A stretch of DNA of 33,153 bases from Welwitschia mirabilis. Lineage: Eukaryota. A program made the position numbers and the translations under genes. Positions 1 to 12,002 of this stretch are shown piece after piece. Numbering within the stretch: the first letter of the stretch is position 1; every line of letters begins with the position of its first letter. Below the pieces are notes generated by a model that made no database searches, was not told the origin of the DNA, and saw nothing but the letters and a program-made list of their open reading frames with translations. The DNA lies in contig JBOZIK010000001.1 in assembly GCA_051453625.1 (NCBI GenBank), positions 3,720,284-3,753,436 of the forward strand, written 5' to 3'.

Positions 1-490
1 CCCTGCTTATATAAAATAGTTGTCATCATAATTGTCATGGGGAGGACACCGAGGATAAAGCCCCATAACAATAAATGATTCAATAGCTTTTGGCTCTACA
101 ATCAGCCCCATAGTTGGCTCTATTTGTGTCATCATCCCTTATGTAGTGGGAATGATAATAAGGACAACACCTTCAAAGAAAAGGATGCTTCACTAGCTTC
201 AACCTCCAGTCCATGTGCTGTTATCCCTTTTGTCATGGAGATGACAGTGGAGATGTCATCTTTTCATAGCTTTCCAAGTAAAGAAAATCAGCCTTCTTGA
301 TCATTAGTCTTCCTTCAATATACTAAGTCCTAGAACATGCCTGAAATGCCTCCAATTATGCCAAGAATTACATGTTTTCATAATTATCCTATTAACTCTC
401 CATAATCAGTAGAATTGCATCTAACCCTGTATAAGTATCTTGCAAAAGTACTTCCAATATACCATTAAATCTCTATAAATTAGCATCACA
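1..490 (-). mobile_element. Partial LTR (5' part) of the same family as the LTR at 25649-26911, inverted
   Basis: 365-490 (gaattacatgttttcataatt...ctctataaattagcatcaca) aligns with the reverse complement of 25649-25775, and 16-122 aligns with the reverse complement of ~25955-26060. Similarity stops at CA 489-490, the TG start on the minus strand. Confidence 0.85.
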
Positions 491-1640
491 ACATTGATCT
501 TATATGCTTCTAGTACTTTAGAGAATTGATTAGGCTGTAGTGGATGAAAAGAAAGAAGTTCTTTAAAAGTGAACTATATTGGATCCTAACCCATACTTAT
601 AGGAGGTAGTAATGAAGGAAGACTTTAAGGAGTAAAAGAGGCTCACTTGGGTCTGATTGAGAAGTTCCTTATGTGGAAATTCTTTGTTATGTAATCTTTA
701 AAATAATTAATTCTTTAACTTAAAAAATACTTCAAATTGTTAAGTCTACACAAGATTTATTTGGTCAAAATAGGACTTTGTTTTTACTTAACATTTGGGT
801 TATTAAAGATGGAAATCCTAATCTAACTACATTATAAGTTCCTATTTTAACTTTATTTATTTCTAAAACATGTCTAATCAAACCTAAAAAGATCCCTTCT
901 GAAATATTAACATTTATCTAATTTGTCTTGTCCTTTACAGTTACTATTATATATAGGTCAGATAATGTAGTGCCTTTTTATTTATGAAGGATTAGTACTA
1001 AACTACTTGTCACAATTCTTAAAATTATGAATAATTTAAGCTATAAATATTTGTTTACTAAAATTCTACCTTATACTACCATCCTTCTTAGAAGACTCAT
1101 ACTAAAATTAGTATCTTCTTTCCTACTAGTATCCTCAATTAATTTACCTCCAAGTGGCAAGTGCAACCTTTCTCTAATGTTTTCTTGAGTAATTCATATT
1201 CTTTTATCTTTAATAATTGTTTCCATTACATTCTTCTTATTATCAAATTTTAAATTCTTATAAAAATCATAGATAGATTATAAAGTGAATATTTCATTCA
1301 TGGCTAACCATTTATATCATTCTAATTCAATGATTCTCTATTTAAATTCTACTAAATAGTGGTCTAAAAACACATTTGCAAAATTTAGGAGAAAATGATT
1401 CTACATTTTGTCAAATGATCATAATTATTTAAGTTATATAAATTTATTTAAAAACTTATTTGAAAAAAATTTTGAAAAAAAACTACTTAACTAATAATGT
1501 CTGAGAAATAAGTCATTAAGCAGGTTGTTTTTCAATAGGTAAAAAAAATATAAAACATGTTTTCAGCAATCTAAACATGTTTTTACAAAATAAGTAACAA
1601 GGATATAAAATGTGTTTTCATAAATCATGTTATTTATTCT

Positions 1641-1675
1641 GCCCCTCACATTAAATCTTGCATACTCTTGAATGC
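1641..1675 (-). promoter_or_regulatory. Athila-type 3' polypurine-tract-like motif of an unresolved decayed element
   Basis: Minus strand reads GCATTCAAGAGTATGCAAGATTTAATGTGAGGGGC, resembling the Athila 'CATTGAGGACAATG...AAGTGTGGGGG' pre-LTR motif. No matching LTR could be assigned. Confidence 0.35.
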
Positions 1676-2406
1676 TAAAAATAATAACATTAGATAAATC
1701 TAAAATTTTTGTATGAAGTTATTCCATCATGATTTTGAGAGACTTAAGCATGAAAAGCATGAGAAAACATGAGAAAACAAAATGTAAAGGTAAAATAAAA
1801 TTACATACATGTTTCCTGCTTAATATAAGTAAAAAGTTTCACTTGCTATTGCATTCAATTCACATGTTCAAAAATGGAAAATTTTTACTAGAAAATAGTT
1901 GGAAATAGAATTATTTCAGATGGATGTTAATGTAAAAAATTGAATGATACAGTGGCCAAAAAAATAATAAGGAAATTAGTTAATGTGGAAGAGACATCCA
2001 GGATGCTAATGTGGGCTAGGTAACATGGGAAGAAATCCTTTGTTGCTTTTTAACAGAGTTATTAAGTTTGAAGAGGGGTTATTGAGAAATATTTTAAGTG
2101 ATGAATTAGAGGAATAAGATCTTATATTTAATTGGTTGATACACTCTACAATAAAATGGTTCAATAAGGATTATCAAAAACTCTTGAGTTCTCAACTAGA
2201 ATCATCAAATCCATTATGAAGCTAGTAAAGGATTTAAAGGAGCTTATTGAGAATTTAAAAGTTCTTAATGAGATCCTTCAAATTCTTACCAAGTAAATAT
2301 AATTATGTGAGATAAAATAAAGGAGTATGGTCATGAAAAGAAGATATAGAAAAAAATTTATAGGGTCCTATAAGAAAAGGACCCCACTTTTTAAAAATAA
2401 GTTAAC

Positions 2407-2735
2407 TTGAAATCTAACTCAAAGTTTCAACTTTGAGCTCATGTTAGACCACTTATAAGCTTGTAACATAATGGATTAGCTTGAAATCTAACTTAAAGTT
2501 TCTACTTTGAGCTGGTGTCAGTTAACTTCTCAACTTGCATCATAATGGCTTGCCCTTAAAATGTTACTCAAATTTTTAACTTTGAGTTACTATCAGTCTA
2601 GTTAAGTGATATTATTTTATGTATGATTAAGTAACACAGGACATAGGAAGATAAATTTCTATGCTTATCAAGTTATGTTGAAATATTACTTAAAGTTTCA
2701 TCTTTAAGTTAGTGTTACTTAACTAGATAAAATTA
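2407..2735. repeat. Degenerate ~74-bp tandem repeat, 4 copies, each with a hairpin core
   Basis: Units start TT(G/A)AAAT at 2407, 2481, 2556 and 2678. The core CTCAAAGT-ttca-ACTTTGAG (2418-2437) is a perfect inverted repeat, with variants at 2492-2511, 2567-2586 and 2689-2708. Confidence 0.85.
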
Positions 2736-4954
2736 TTCTAGAGTTTTATCATATGATAATGTGCTACTAAAGGAATAGCTTAAGTAATGTTTATTTTCTT
2801 ATTCTTCTCTTAAAATATATTCTTTTTTTCTTTATTACTAATCATGTTTTCATAATATTATCTAAATATTTTCTCATTTTAAAAGGATTTTAGGATTTTA
2901 ATTGTAATTGATGACAATAACAAAATCTGGTGGATGCTTACAAAGACTTGCAACTCAGGGAAAAACTAAGCTAATCATAAATCAAGCTAAAGCTCTAACT
3001 TCAAGTAGAACTTAATTAGTTTAAAATTTATTGACTTCTATCTTGGTATAAGAATCATTATTGTACACTTGGCATATTTCAAATATTAGATAGAACATGT
3101 ATGTAGTTCCTTTAAAGTCTTTTGCTTTATCATTAAACATGTGTGCACTGAGTATCCTAAAATAAATTACACTTGTTAATTATATTAAGTAAGACTTATT
3201 CTATAAATCTCATTCTTTCATTGTAACCATTTATCATTCTTCATACTGAGTCTTAGAGTTCCTTTATTTACTTCTATTCAATCCTTACTACTTCTTCTTA
3301 ATTAATATTTATGGCATTCACTTCCTTTACTTTCCCATTGCTGCCTCAAGAGTTAAAAAGATAAAGTGTGGCCTTTTTAACTAGGTTTTACATATATTGA
3401 TATGTGTATTAGGAGTGTAGAACTCCAATCACCTTAAATTTCTATTAGCTTAGAAAATGAGGTGTAACATGCATTAGATTATGGTTATAAATCAACTACT
3501 AGTGTCTTAGATACATTGGATACCTTTATTACTAAAGCTAATATAGAATACTTTGAGAATGGGGTCATTCCTTTAAGTTTTATCCCATGATTTATCATGT
3601 GGTGATAAAGTATCTAAGGGTTAGGATAAAATAGTTATGTTAACAACTTAATCAAGAAGGCTCAGCTTATAATGTTTTGTTAGGTTAATGAGCTAAATGG
3701 ATGTAGATGTTATAAAAAAGAGTTGATCATCTTCAAGGTACAAACCCTACAATTAGTCTAGCTACATTAAGCTTTTATCAGAAATAACATAGAAAAGATG
3801 ATATGAAATGCAAATCCTTTTAAGAACGTTTAGCAAGCTCACCTAGAAAAGATTAGCATGCTATTAAAATCTTAAGTGAAATGCATCTACTACCCCAAGT
3901 GAGAGCTTTGTAGATCTATAATCAAAAGAAAAAGTTTTCTAACCATTTCTAAAATTAATATTCTTTAGGAAACTAGTCTAATTTTTTACTTTAGTAGGTT
4001 GAACAAGGATTTTTTCATGTTTCTGAGTGATGATGCAATAAATTCCTCTATCTAGTAAAGTTTTTTCTTTTTATTTTGTTTCAAATAAATTTGTTTTACT
4101 ACTATTTTTATTTGCTTATGATCATATCAATTCCATTTAATCACATTCATCTAAGTAACTTATTAAATTGTTAAGATAATTTAAAATGACTTTAAAACTA
4201 TGAAGCTTTACTCTTAGCTAAAATAGAATTTAATGATCATGCATGATATTGAATTAAATATCTTTAGATTTACATTCCATCATAGATGACAATAAAATTC
4301 TTATTCTCTTTTCTTCTTCTTTTTTTATTTCTTTATTTTCTCTCTCTTTTTTTTTAACTAGAAATTATAATATATAATTATAATCTTAATAACTAGCTAT
4401 GTATCAGATGACTCCTGGGGCATAACTGTTCCTAAACTTCTATTTGTCAAAACTTAAATTTTTAACCATAATAAGAAGAATGCAATGACTATCAGAGGAG
4501 TAAGGACTCATAAGATTTTTAAAATTCATATCATGGCCAAATAACTCCTAAATGGATTTCTCACAGCTACTATATTGCATTGTTAAAGGCCCCTCTTGAG
4601 AATATTTATCTTGGTGAAATTGTAGTATAACATTGTGGCTTTTTCCCCATTTTTTTTGTTCTCTCTTTTTTTTTAATTATATTTAATATAATATATTCTA
4701 GCATGTGATTGAATGTGTCTCCTTAATTCTCTTAATAAGGATAATGCACCATCCCTTGTTAAAGACTTATCAACTTAGCTTTTTATTTTAGAATCATTAA
4801 CTTTATTTTAAACAACTTAATAAATTAATAGTTTGAATAAATTTTAAAGAAATAACACATCCTTTATTATTTAGTCTAAAAATTTTTATTTTACAAGTAG
4901 AGTACAAGTATTCTTTTTATCCTATTAGGTTTTTTTTAAACAATAAGATAAATA

Positions 4955-6200
4955 TTTATGATCATAATACATTTTTATTATCTACCCATTTATTTGATAA
5001 GTTAGTTTTTTATCAGGATCATATACCTCTATAATTCCATTTCCTAGAAGTTTTATTATGGGATAGGGTCCTAGCTAATTTTGTTCATATTTCTATTTTG
5101 GTGAATCTTTTTAGGGTTATATATTAGTATAGAATCTCCTATATTAAATTTGGTTTTTTTAATTTTATTATCATTATATATTTTATTTTTTAATTGTATA
5201 AGTTATTTAAGTAGAAGAGCTTCTTTTCTGTTTCATCTGAAATATTCATGTTTTTTATCCATTCTTCTTAAGCTATATCCAAATTACATTTTAGATCTTT
5301 AGCCTTATAAAGGTCTTAATTCTAAATTCAATTAGCAAAATAGCTCTTTTTCCATAGACCAATTCATATGGTGTAAATCTTGTGCTATGTTTCCAAGTTA
5401 TTCTATAATCTCATAGAGCTTTATTTTATTTATCATCTAATATGTTTTCTTAATATGTATGACTTTGTTAATATTTTATTAATTTCTATATTAGTCACTT
5501 TAGCTTACCCATTAGATTGAGGATGATGGGTAGTAGAGAGTTTGTGATGGATTTCATGTTTAGTTAAGAGTTTATTGAAAATTTCACTATTAAAATAAGT
5601 TTCTCTATTAGATATAAGAATTCAAGGGATTTCAAATCAATATATAATATTCTTAAGAAAAAAGGTAACTACAGTTCAGGAAGAACAGTGAGATACAGCC
5701 TTAGCCTTAACCCACTTAATTAAGTAATCAACACAGGCCAAAAAATATATCTTTTTTCATAAGAGTAATGATTGATAGATTCAATGAAATCTATCAAACA
5801 TTAAAAGTTTTAATTGACTGAATCCATTATTGTGTAATTTCTAATTTCTACTTAAATGCTCCTTCTCTTTAACACTTATCACAGCTCTAGATATAAGCAT
5901 TTGAATCTTTAAATATTATGGGCTAGTAATATCCTATATGAAAATTTTTATTCCTATCCTTCTTACACCATAATGTCCTCCTCCTCCTCCCTCATGATAT
6001 TCTTTCAAAATTTCTTTTTGCAAATTCTTTTTCACACATCTTCTAATAACATGATCTTTACATCTTATAAATAACATCTTATCATGTCATATGTAGTCTC
6101 TTGACTCTCTTAACAATATTTTTCTTTCATAATAATTCATAAAATATGGTAATTTTTTACTTATAATAAAATTTTATATGTTATCATGCCATGGACTGAT
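4955..6200 (-). pseudogene. Ty3/gypsy integrase remnant (element E)
   Basis: Manual translation: YHEGGGGGHYG (~5965-5998), GYY*PIIFKD, SCDKC*R (HHCC motif), ACVDYLIKWVKAKA (~5700-5738), FEIP*ILISNRETYF, STTHHPQSNG*AKVTN (~5490-5537), FTPYELVYGK, *LGPYPI (~5060-5075) and INGR-like ...KMYYD near 4960. Many stops. Confidence 0.9.
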
Positions 6201-6339
6201 TCTAACTTGAAAGAAATGTTCATTTAGAAATTAATCTCTTATATGTATTTATTCTTTATCAAGAAATTCTAATCTTGAGAGATGATCTGCAACTACATTT
6301 TTTTATCCCTCTTTTATCAATAATTTTTAAGTTAAATCC

Positions 6340-6600
6340 TTAAATTAATAATATCCATCTCATAATTCTTGAATTAGTTTCTTTTTTATTCATTAAAAAT
6401 CTAATAGCATTATGATTTATATAAACTTTTAATTCATAATCTAAAATATAATATTTAAAATTTTCTATTGCTATCACTACTACTAACAATTCTTTCTCCC
6501 TTATTATGTAATTTTGTTGAGCTATTTTAAGATTCTTATTATTATAGACAATGGTGTGTGATTTATTATTTTCATATTTCTGCCCCAAAATAGCTCCCAT
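6340..6600 (-). pseudogene. Ty3/gypsy RNase H remnant, missing the N-terminal DAS motif
   Basis: ORF MGAILGQK...AQQNYIIREKELLVVVIAIENFKYY...VYINHNAIRFL...RIMRWILLI matches the gypsy RH pattern GAVLGQ / AQ.NY...EKELLA / TDH.AL / RL.RW.LLL. Confidence 0.92.
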
Positions 6601-6789
6601 AAGTGAAGGCTTTTCTATTTCTTGAATTTCAAACTTTATTCTTCATACTTTTCTTCATTTTGCTTGTTTCATATCATACTAATGTTTTGTATCAGAATTG
6701 CATTACCTCTAACTTCTATGTTATGCATGATTTCCTTTATAACTGCTACATCAGATAATTTAATCTCTTTCTTAAGATCTCTTAGACTA

Positions 6790-7115
6790 ATTTCCATTAC
6801 ATCAGCAGTAGTCATCCATGGTCTTTCTAAAATTACTACATGGATATCTTCCTGACTCTTCATTACTAAATAATCTATCAAATAGATAAATTCCTAAAGT
6901 TCAATGGGTATATCTTTTAGAACTCCTTCTGATGTCATTGATGAATCATCTCCAAGGTATATTTTTCCTTGTTAAGATATCAATTTTGGTTTTTCCAGTT
7001 CCTCAAAAGTCTCATTTTCCATCATATTAACACTTTCTCCTAGATCCACAAGTGCTTCTACTTTGATCTTTCCATCAATTGTTATGTCTATCATAGGTGT
7101 TTCTGGATCACTGTG
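6790..7115 (-). pseudogene. Retropepsin aspartic protease remnant (element E)
   Basis: Translations HSDPETPMIDITI (~7075-7115), EALVDLGESVNMM (~7020-7058) and DYLVMK...VILERPWMTTA (ORF 6669-6881) match DLGASVN and ILGRPFL.T. Confidence 0.88.
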
Positions 7116-7239
7116 CTTTCTATGTTATTTATTTTAAAGAACTTGGATAAAAACCCAAGAAACTTGATCTTTCCTAACTATCTCAATTTTTTTTTCCTTC
7201 TCACTTTTCTTTTTATTCCTTTTTTTAAGCACATTCTCT

Positions 7240-8890
7240 TTATTTGCTTCCAATACATAGGTACATCATTTAGTAATTTTAAAAGATGTAATAACATTAT
7301 TGTATCTTCTAATACTTTTATTAAATATTCTATGTCCTTTTCAATTTTTAGATGTTCTATTTATTTATTTCTCATTAGAAAAAGTAGAGAATTTATTGAT
7401 GCATCAACTACTACTTCCTTCTCTGAATTTATTCCTTCATTGATTGGAGATTTATTTAAGTTTGTTTTCTTTTCTTAGTTTTCATCTATCACCATTTATT
7501 TTTGATATTTAGTAGTTACTGGTTTATTTGTTACTTTCCTTGGATTTGGTTGAAGTTGAGCAGGGATTTTTTCTTCTTTCTTTTATATCTCTAATTTTTC
7601 TTTCATGTATTTTATATCTTTGTTTTTTAAATTCTTATAATAATCCTTTTATCTTGCCTTTTATACTTTACATACTTTTGTAAAGGATTTTTTAACTTAC
7701 CTTCTCATTTCCTACTTTGGTAAGTATATGGGCCTTTTTTTCCTCTTTCTTGGGGTTAAGTTTTCATATTTAAATCTACTCTATTAGTATCCAAATAATA
7801 AACAAATTCCTACATGTAAGGACATTATATTCCTTCATGGTTAGCTTCTCCACAATATTTGCATATAGGTCCTTCGTTCTCTTTAAAGTATTGTATAGCT
7901 AATTAATCAAATTTTTCTACCATACTATCAGTTATATTTTTAGCTACTTTTTTTAGAAGACTTATATCCTTGAGCTATAAACATTACCATCTTCTTTTGA
8001 ATTAAATAATTTATTTATTATTTTCTTCTTGTCACTTTCTTATTCCCATCCTTGACTTATGATATAAAACTAAGTAATAGCTTCTCCTACCTCTTGAACA
8101 TTCTTTGTCTTAATGCTTCCTCTACAAGGTAAGTCTAATTCCTTTAAAGTTTGACTCTGTAATTATCTAAGTAAAGCTTTAACTCATTATTTAGCTGTAA
8201 TACCATGGTTAGGATGTTCAGATAATAATATATTATATCTATCCATGAACTCATCAAACCTTTTATTATCTTTCTATTTAATATTCAAGATTTATTCTCT
8301 GAAATCTTCAACTATCTATATTAGTTGAAATTTAGCCAAGTAAGCATTCTTACAAGTTACCTATAAACTAAAAGCATGATTAGGATTTTTATAATAGTAT
8401 AGCTGAGCATCCCCTTTTAAATAAAAAGAAAAATAGCTCAAAAAATCAGATTCTAAGTCAAGATAATCTACTTTGTGAAAGGCATCAAATAAACTTACAT
8501 GCAATAGAGGTTGTTCTAATTTTTGGTACTTAAAAAGGGATATTGATGTTGTATTTATATTTTTTACTTTTTATAGTCTTCTAAGGCTATAGGATTAATA
8601 GGACTTAAATCTTCTAGCCAATAAGTTTCATAATTTAAAGGTATTAAATTTCCATCATCTTCTGGGTATTAACCTACTACAAATTTCTTTTTATGTTTAA
8701 TTCATTTTAAATATTTGGAAAGATTCTCCTTGGGTGATAGATGATTGAATAAGAGTAAGCAACTATTATTCTACTTTATTCATTAATTTAAAAAATATTC
8801 TTTTTTTTACAATCTTTCCAATAAGGTTTTTATCAATACTAACATATTCCACCTCTATTTCTATTTTAATTCTACTCCTAGTCTGCTCAT
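7240..8890 (-). pseudogene. Gag remnant with CCHC zinc knuckle (element E)
   Basis: Translations LEQPLLHVSLF (~8490-8522), YLKGDAQLYYY, KNAYLAKF, EHPNHGIT (~8197-8220), CKYCGEANHEGI*C (C-x2-C-x4-H-x4-C, ~7822-7863) and KIPAQLQPNPR (~7538-7570). Possible ATG at 8890. Confidence 0.85.
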
Positions 8891-9004
8891 CTAAATCATA
8901 TTTATTAGGGTTTTTAACAAACCTATCTTTCTCATCTCATCATTTTTATTGACTATCCTATTAGGTTATAAACTTCTTCATCTCTACTACTTAGCCTCAG
9001 GATA

Positions 9005-9022
9005 GCCAATTTTCTAGCACCA
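9005..9022 (-). promoter_or_regulatory. Primer-binding site of element E (priming tRNA not assigned)
   Basis: TGGTGCTAGAAAATTGGC lies 3 nt after the putative LTR end ...GCTACTACCA and upstream of gag. Confidence 0.6.
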
Positions 9023-9025
9023 AAA

Positions 9026-10071
9026 TGGTAGTAGCTTATATTGTGAATAAGTATAGAAAATACTATGAAATTATGTTGAAAAATATAGAAAACTATGATA
9101 TTATTAATCTAAAATAAGTTTAAAACATTAAATTAAAATCAAATTTTTACTAAAGAACTAGTTGAAATATTAATTCTTTAACCATTTAGTTCAAAATGCA
9201 TTATTAAGATAAACTCATGATTAAGTTACTCGATCTAGTTAGGTTAATAATTTATGAGTTTTCTATACACATATATTACACTATAAGGAATAAAGAAAAT
9301 GGAATAAAAACATAATATAAGTTTTATTAAATGCTAAATAATACTTATTTGTAAATATTACTAGTTATCCTAATTTGTGTTCAACTGCATAAATAGGAGC
9401 AAGTAAAAAGAATATTACTTTTTCAAGTAATTAAACACATTTACAATACTTCACAAATATTGGCTTTTTAGCTTTATATTAAAATACTAGAACATTACAT
9501 AGAGTGTACTAATTAGTTTGTGTTTTTCTTTGTAGATAACACAATAATATTAGAGATGCTACTATGCCCTTTTCAGGATGTCTGAAGCTTTTCTTTAATC
9601 CTTTACTTAGTTCTATTTCTAGAGCATTTTTACCAAAATATCCCTACTATCTATGATGATCTCCTTCTTATACCCTTTAGCCCTTTGTATTTTGCCATTT
9701 TCTTTCTTTGCTCCTAAATAATAGGTTTATTATTGTAATTATTGCTATATTTCCACCACCTTAACCTTCTCTTACATCATTATTCTAAATGGGATTTTTG
9801 ACTTGCAACATAATTATAATTATATATATATATATATATATATGAATATTCTAACCTAATAATATACTAGCTAACTAACCTATTGACTAACTATTATATT
9901 AACCTAAATGCTAAAGAGAAATATTGAATATCATCTAAAATATATAATTATAAGCACAAAAACATTTTATTAATAAGAAAAATTACATCATTATCTTTAC
10001 TCGTTAGTAATAAAAACTAAAATAGAATAAAAATATCAAGTCATTATGCCAAATCTTATGAGTTAGCATCA
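9026..10071 (-). mobile_element. Putative 5' LTR of element E (~1.05 kb)
   Basis: Ends in CA next to the PBS. The start TGATGCTAAC at 10071 is inferred only, since there is no partner LTR to confirm it. Confidence 0.5.
9821..9843. repeat. (TA)11 microsatellite
   Basis: tatatatatatatatatatatat read directly. Confidence 0.95.
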
Positions 10072-10160
10072 ATCATGATAACACTCACAATAAGGTCAAA
10101 CTAATTATCTTAAATCCACATCATCTAAACTAACATAAGGCATTTAAACTTATTTGTAAT

Positions 10161-10177
10161 CTTCTCCATCTTTTTGG
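10161..10177 (-). promoter_or_regulatory. Sirevirus-type polypurine tract (decayed)
   Basis: Minus strand CCAAAAAGATGGAGAAG resembles CCAAAAAGGGGGAGA and lies downstream of the ORF2 remnant. Confidence 0.5.
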
Positions 10178-10199
10178 ACAATGAAAAAATATTTAATCA

Positions 10200-11892
10200 C
10201 TTAGAGTGGAGTTGCTAATGTAGTGAGCTCCATCCCCTATGTCATCACTATCACCATTACTATCATGTGTAGTGGAAGTTTGGATGAAATATGATAAGGA
10301 TGACTTAGGTAGTGGTATATGCCTTTTCTATAATGGTCATTATGATGGCTCCCATAACCATGAAAGGCTTATCACCTCATACAAAAATATGTTTAAAGGT
10401 GATGAAAGTATTAAATAAACTAGTTATGATGGTCTTAGTGAAATCAGATAAAGATGGTAAAGTGGTGTTGAGTGATGATGCATGAATGCGAAGTGCTAGT
10501 AATGGTGGTAAAGCTTAAAAGGTAATAAACGTATGTGAGGTGGTGAAGTTATACACAATGATGAAGGTGTCTATGTAGGATAGTGAAAGGAAAACTTACA
10601 ACAATACCTATGAAAGATGAGATGCTCATCATTTGAGTCATTTAAATCCACTTAGTGCTCCCCTTGTGGCAAATGCTAGTTCTCTTCTTAAATATGTAAC
10701 AAAAGTTGGTGATTTTTTTAAATATGTGTTTCCTTCTTCTCTATCTTTGAAGAAACTAACTTATCTTAATTTTTTGCTCTATTATACTCATAGTCTATGG
10801 CATAAGTACTAAAGTATCCTCTATCTTTAATTTCTTATTTAAATTTATATATGTCAGAGTTTCCATAGATTCCCAACTACCATGGGACATTTTTTCCTCA
10901 CTAGCGATGGACCTATGCTTATTTAACCTTAACAAATTTCTATTAGTCTTTCTAACCATCTATGCTATTGCATGGAGACCCTTCTTTAATAATGAGAATT
11001 TGTGTGAACCTATAGATTTGGATCTTTAAAACTATGTTTTGGGAGACCTTCTGCTTCCATCTTTTCCTCACTAAAGTAATGCATACTACTTTTTATTGAA
11101 CTTTGAGAGTAGCTTATTTGGCTAAAAGAGAATAACCTGAGGAACTGTAATGCTATTATTACTAATAATGAGACTAATCAAATAGGGATGATCCAAAGTT
11201 TGGCCCTTGTAAAATAGAGTATTAATATCCAAGCACAGTACAAAATAAAGACCCCTATAAGTGAGTAATACACTACAACCCTCTATGTGGAATTATAGAA
11301 ACTATAGCTACCTTCTCCTATTAGAATTCTAGAAAAAAGATATCAACCTTAAAATAGAGGCATCTATCATTATATCTTTTCATTTAACATTCTCATAAAA
11401 TCTCATTTTTACATTTCCAAAAAAAATACTTCTCAAATTATGCCATGATACTTTAACTAATTAGCAAATGAAGTTATCTTTAAATGAGTGCATGTATAAC
11501 TAAGAAATATTTGAATCATCAATACCAAGTAGACTATTAACAAATATGAGAGTTAGAAATAGAGGGGTATCTCTTAGTTGCATTTGAAAGATACTAGTAG
11601 AATAATCTATCTTATTAAGATTTGCATAGCATGCTCTCATAATGGGATCTAGAATACTCTATTTAAGAAAAGTCATCATGTCTTATCCAAGATGAGATAA
11701 GCATGCTAGAAGTTGATCCTTCTTATTCTTCTAAATTCTAAGAGTCATTTTCACAATAATATGGTTTCTAAGCTAAGATTTAAACCGTTTCTCAACTAAT
11801 ACATGATTGAATTAAGGTTCATACTAAGGTTTCTGTGGTTCTTAAATAGTTTTCTTTATTTTAGCAGTTCTAGTGGGCTTTTCCCTCATCAT
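10200..11892 (-). pseudogene. Probable env-like / ORF2 remnant of element A
   Basis: Starts MMREKPTRTAKIKK at 11892. Motifs LVKVSWHNL (~11435-11460) and NVK*KDIMIDASILRLI (~11342-11392) resemble the 'LV..FY.NL...V.G..I' signature of plant retroelement extra ORFs. A low-complexity H/P/S/T tail lies at ~10230-10620. Confidence 0.45.
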
Positions 11893-11997
11893 ATTTATGA
11901 AATACAAAAGGTAGAAACTAAAACTTAAAAGATGTACTAAAAAAAAGTAAAAATATAAACCTATAACAAAATCCACCTGTGTTTTCTAGTTGTAAAG

Positions 11998-12002
11998 ACT
12001 TC
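11998..12002 (+). repeat. Left target-site duplication ACTTC of element B
   Basis: Identical ACTTC at 19079-19083 directly after the other LTR. Confidence 0.85.

Larger units (their letters stand above)
4955..10071 (-). mobile_element. Element E: decayed non-chromoviral (Athila-like) Ty3/gypsy LTR retrotransposon lacking RT; 3' LTR not identified
   Basis: Minus-strand order is LTR, PBS, gag, PR, RH, INT, which is the gypsy order. Domain motifs are given in the sub-features. Confidence 0.85.

Noticed and set aside
2407..2735. CRISPR-like appearance (palindromic repeats at regular spacing)
   Set aside because: The intervening sequences are similar to each other rather than unique, the repeats are degenerate, there are no cas genes, and the context is eukaryotic.
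2880..3348. Possible plus-strand Sirevirus-like solo LTR (gtaattgatgacaa near the start, attcacttcc...ca at the end)
   Set aside because: Only a weak motif resemblance, with no TG start, no TSD and no partner copy in the window.
491..4950. 3' LTR of element E
   Set aside because: I could not find a segment aligning to 9026-10071 or a TSD. The region looks like decayed retroelement non-coding DNA but remains unassigned.
6622..7478. Plus-strand hydrophobic ORFs (77 aa and 121 aa)
   Set aside because: Antisense shadows of A-rich gag/protease sequence with no independent coding signal.
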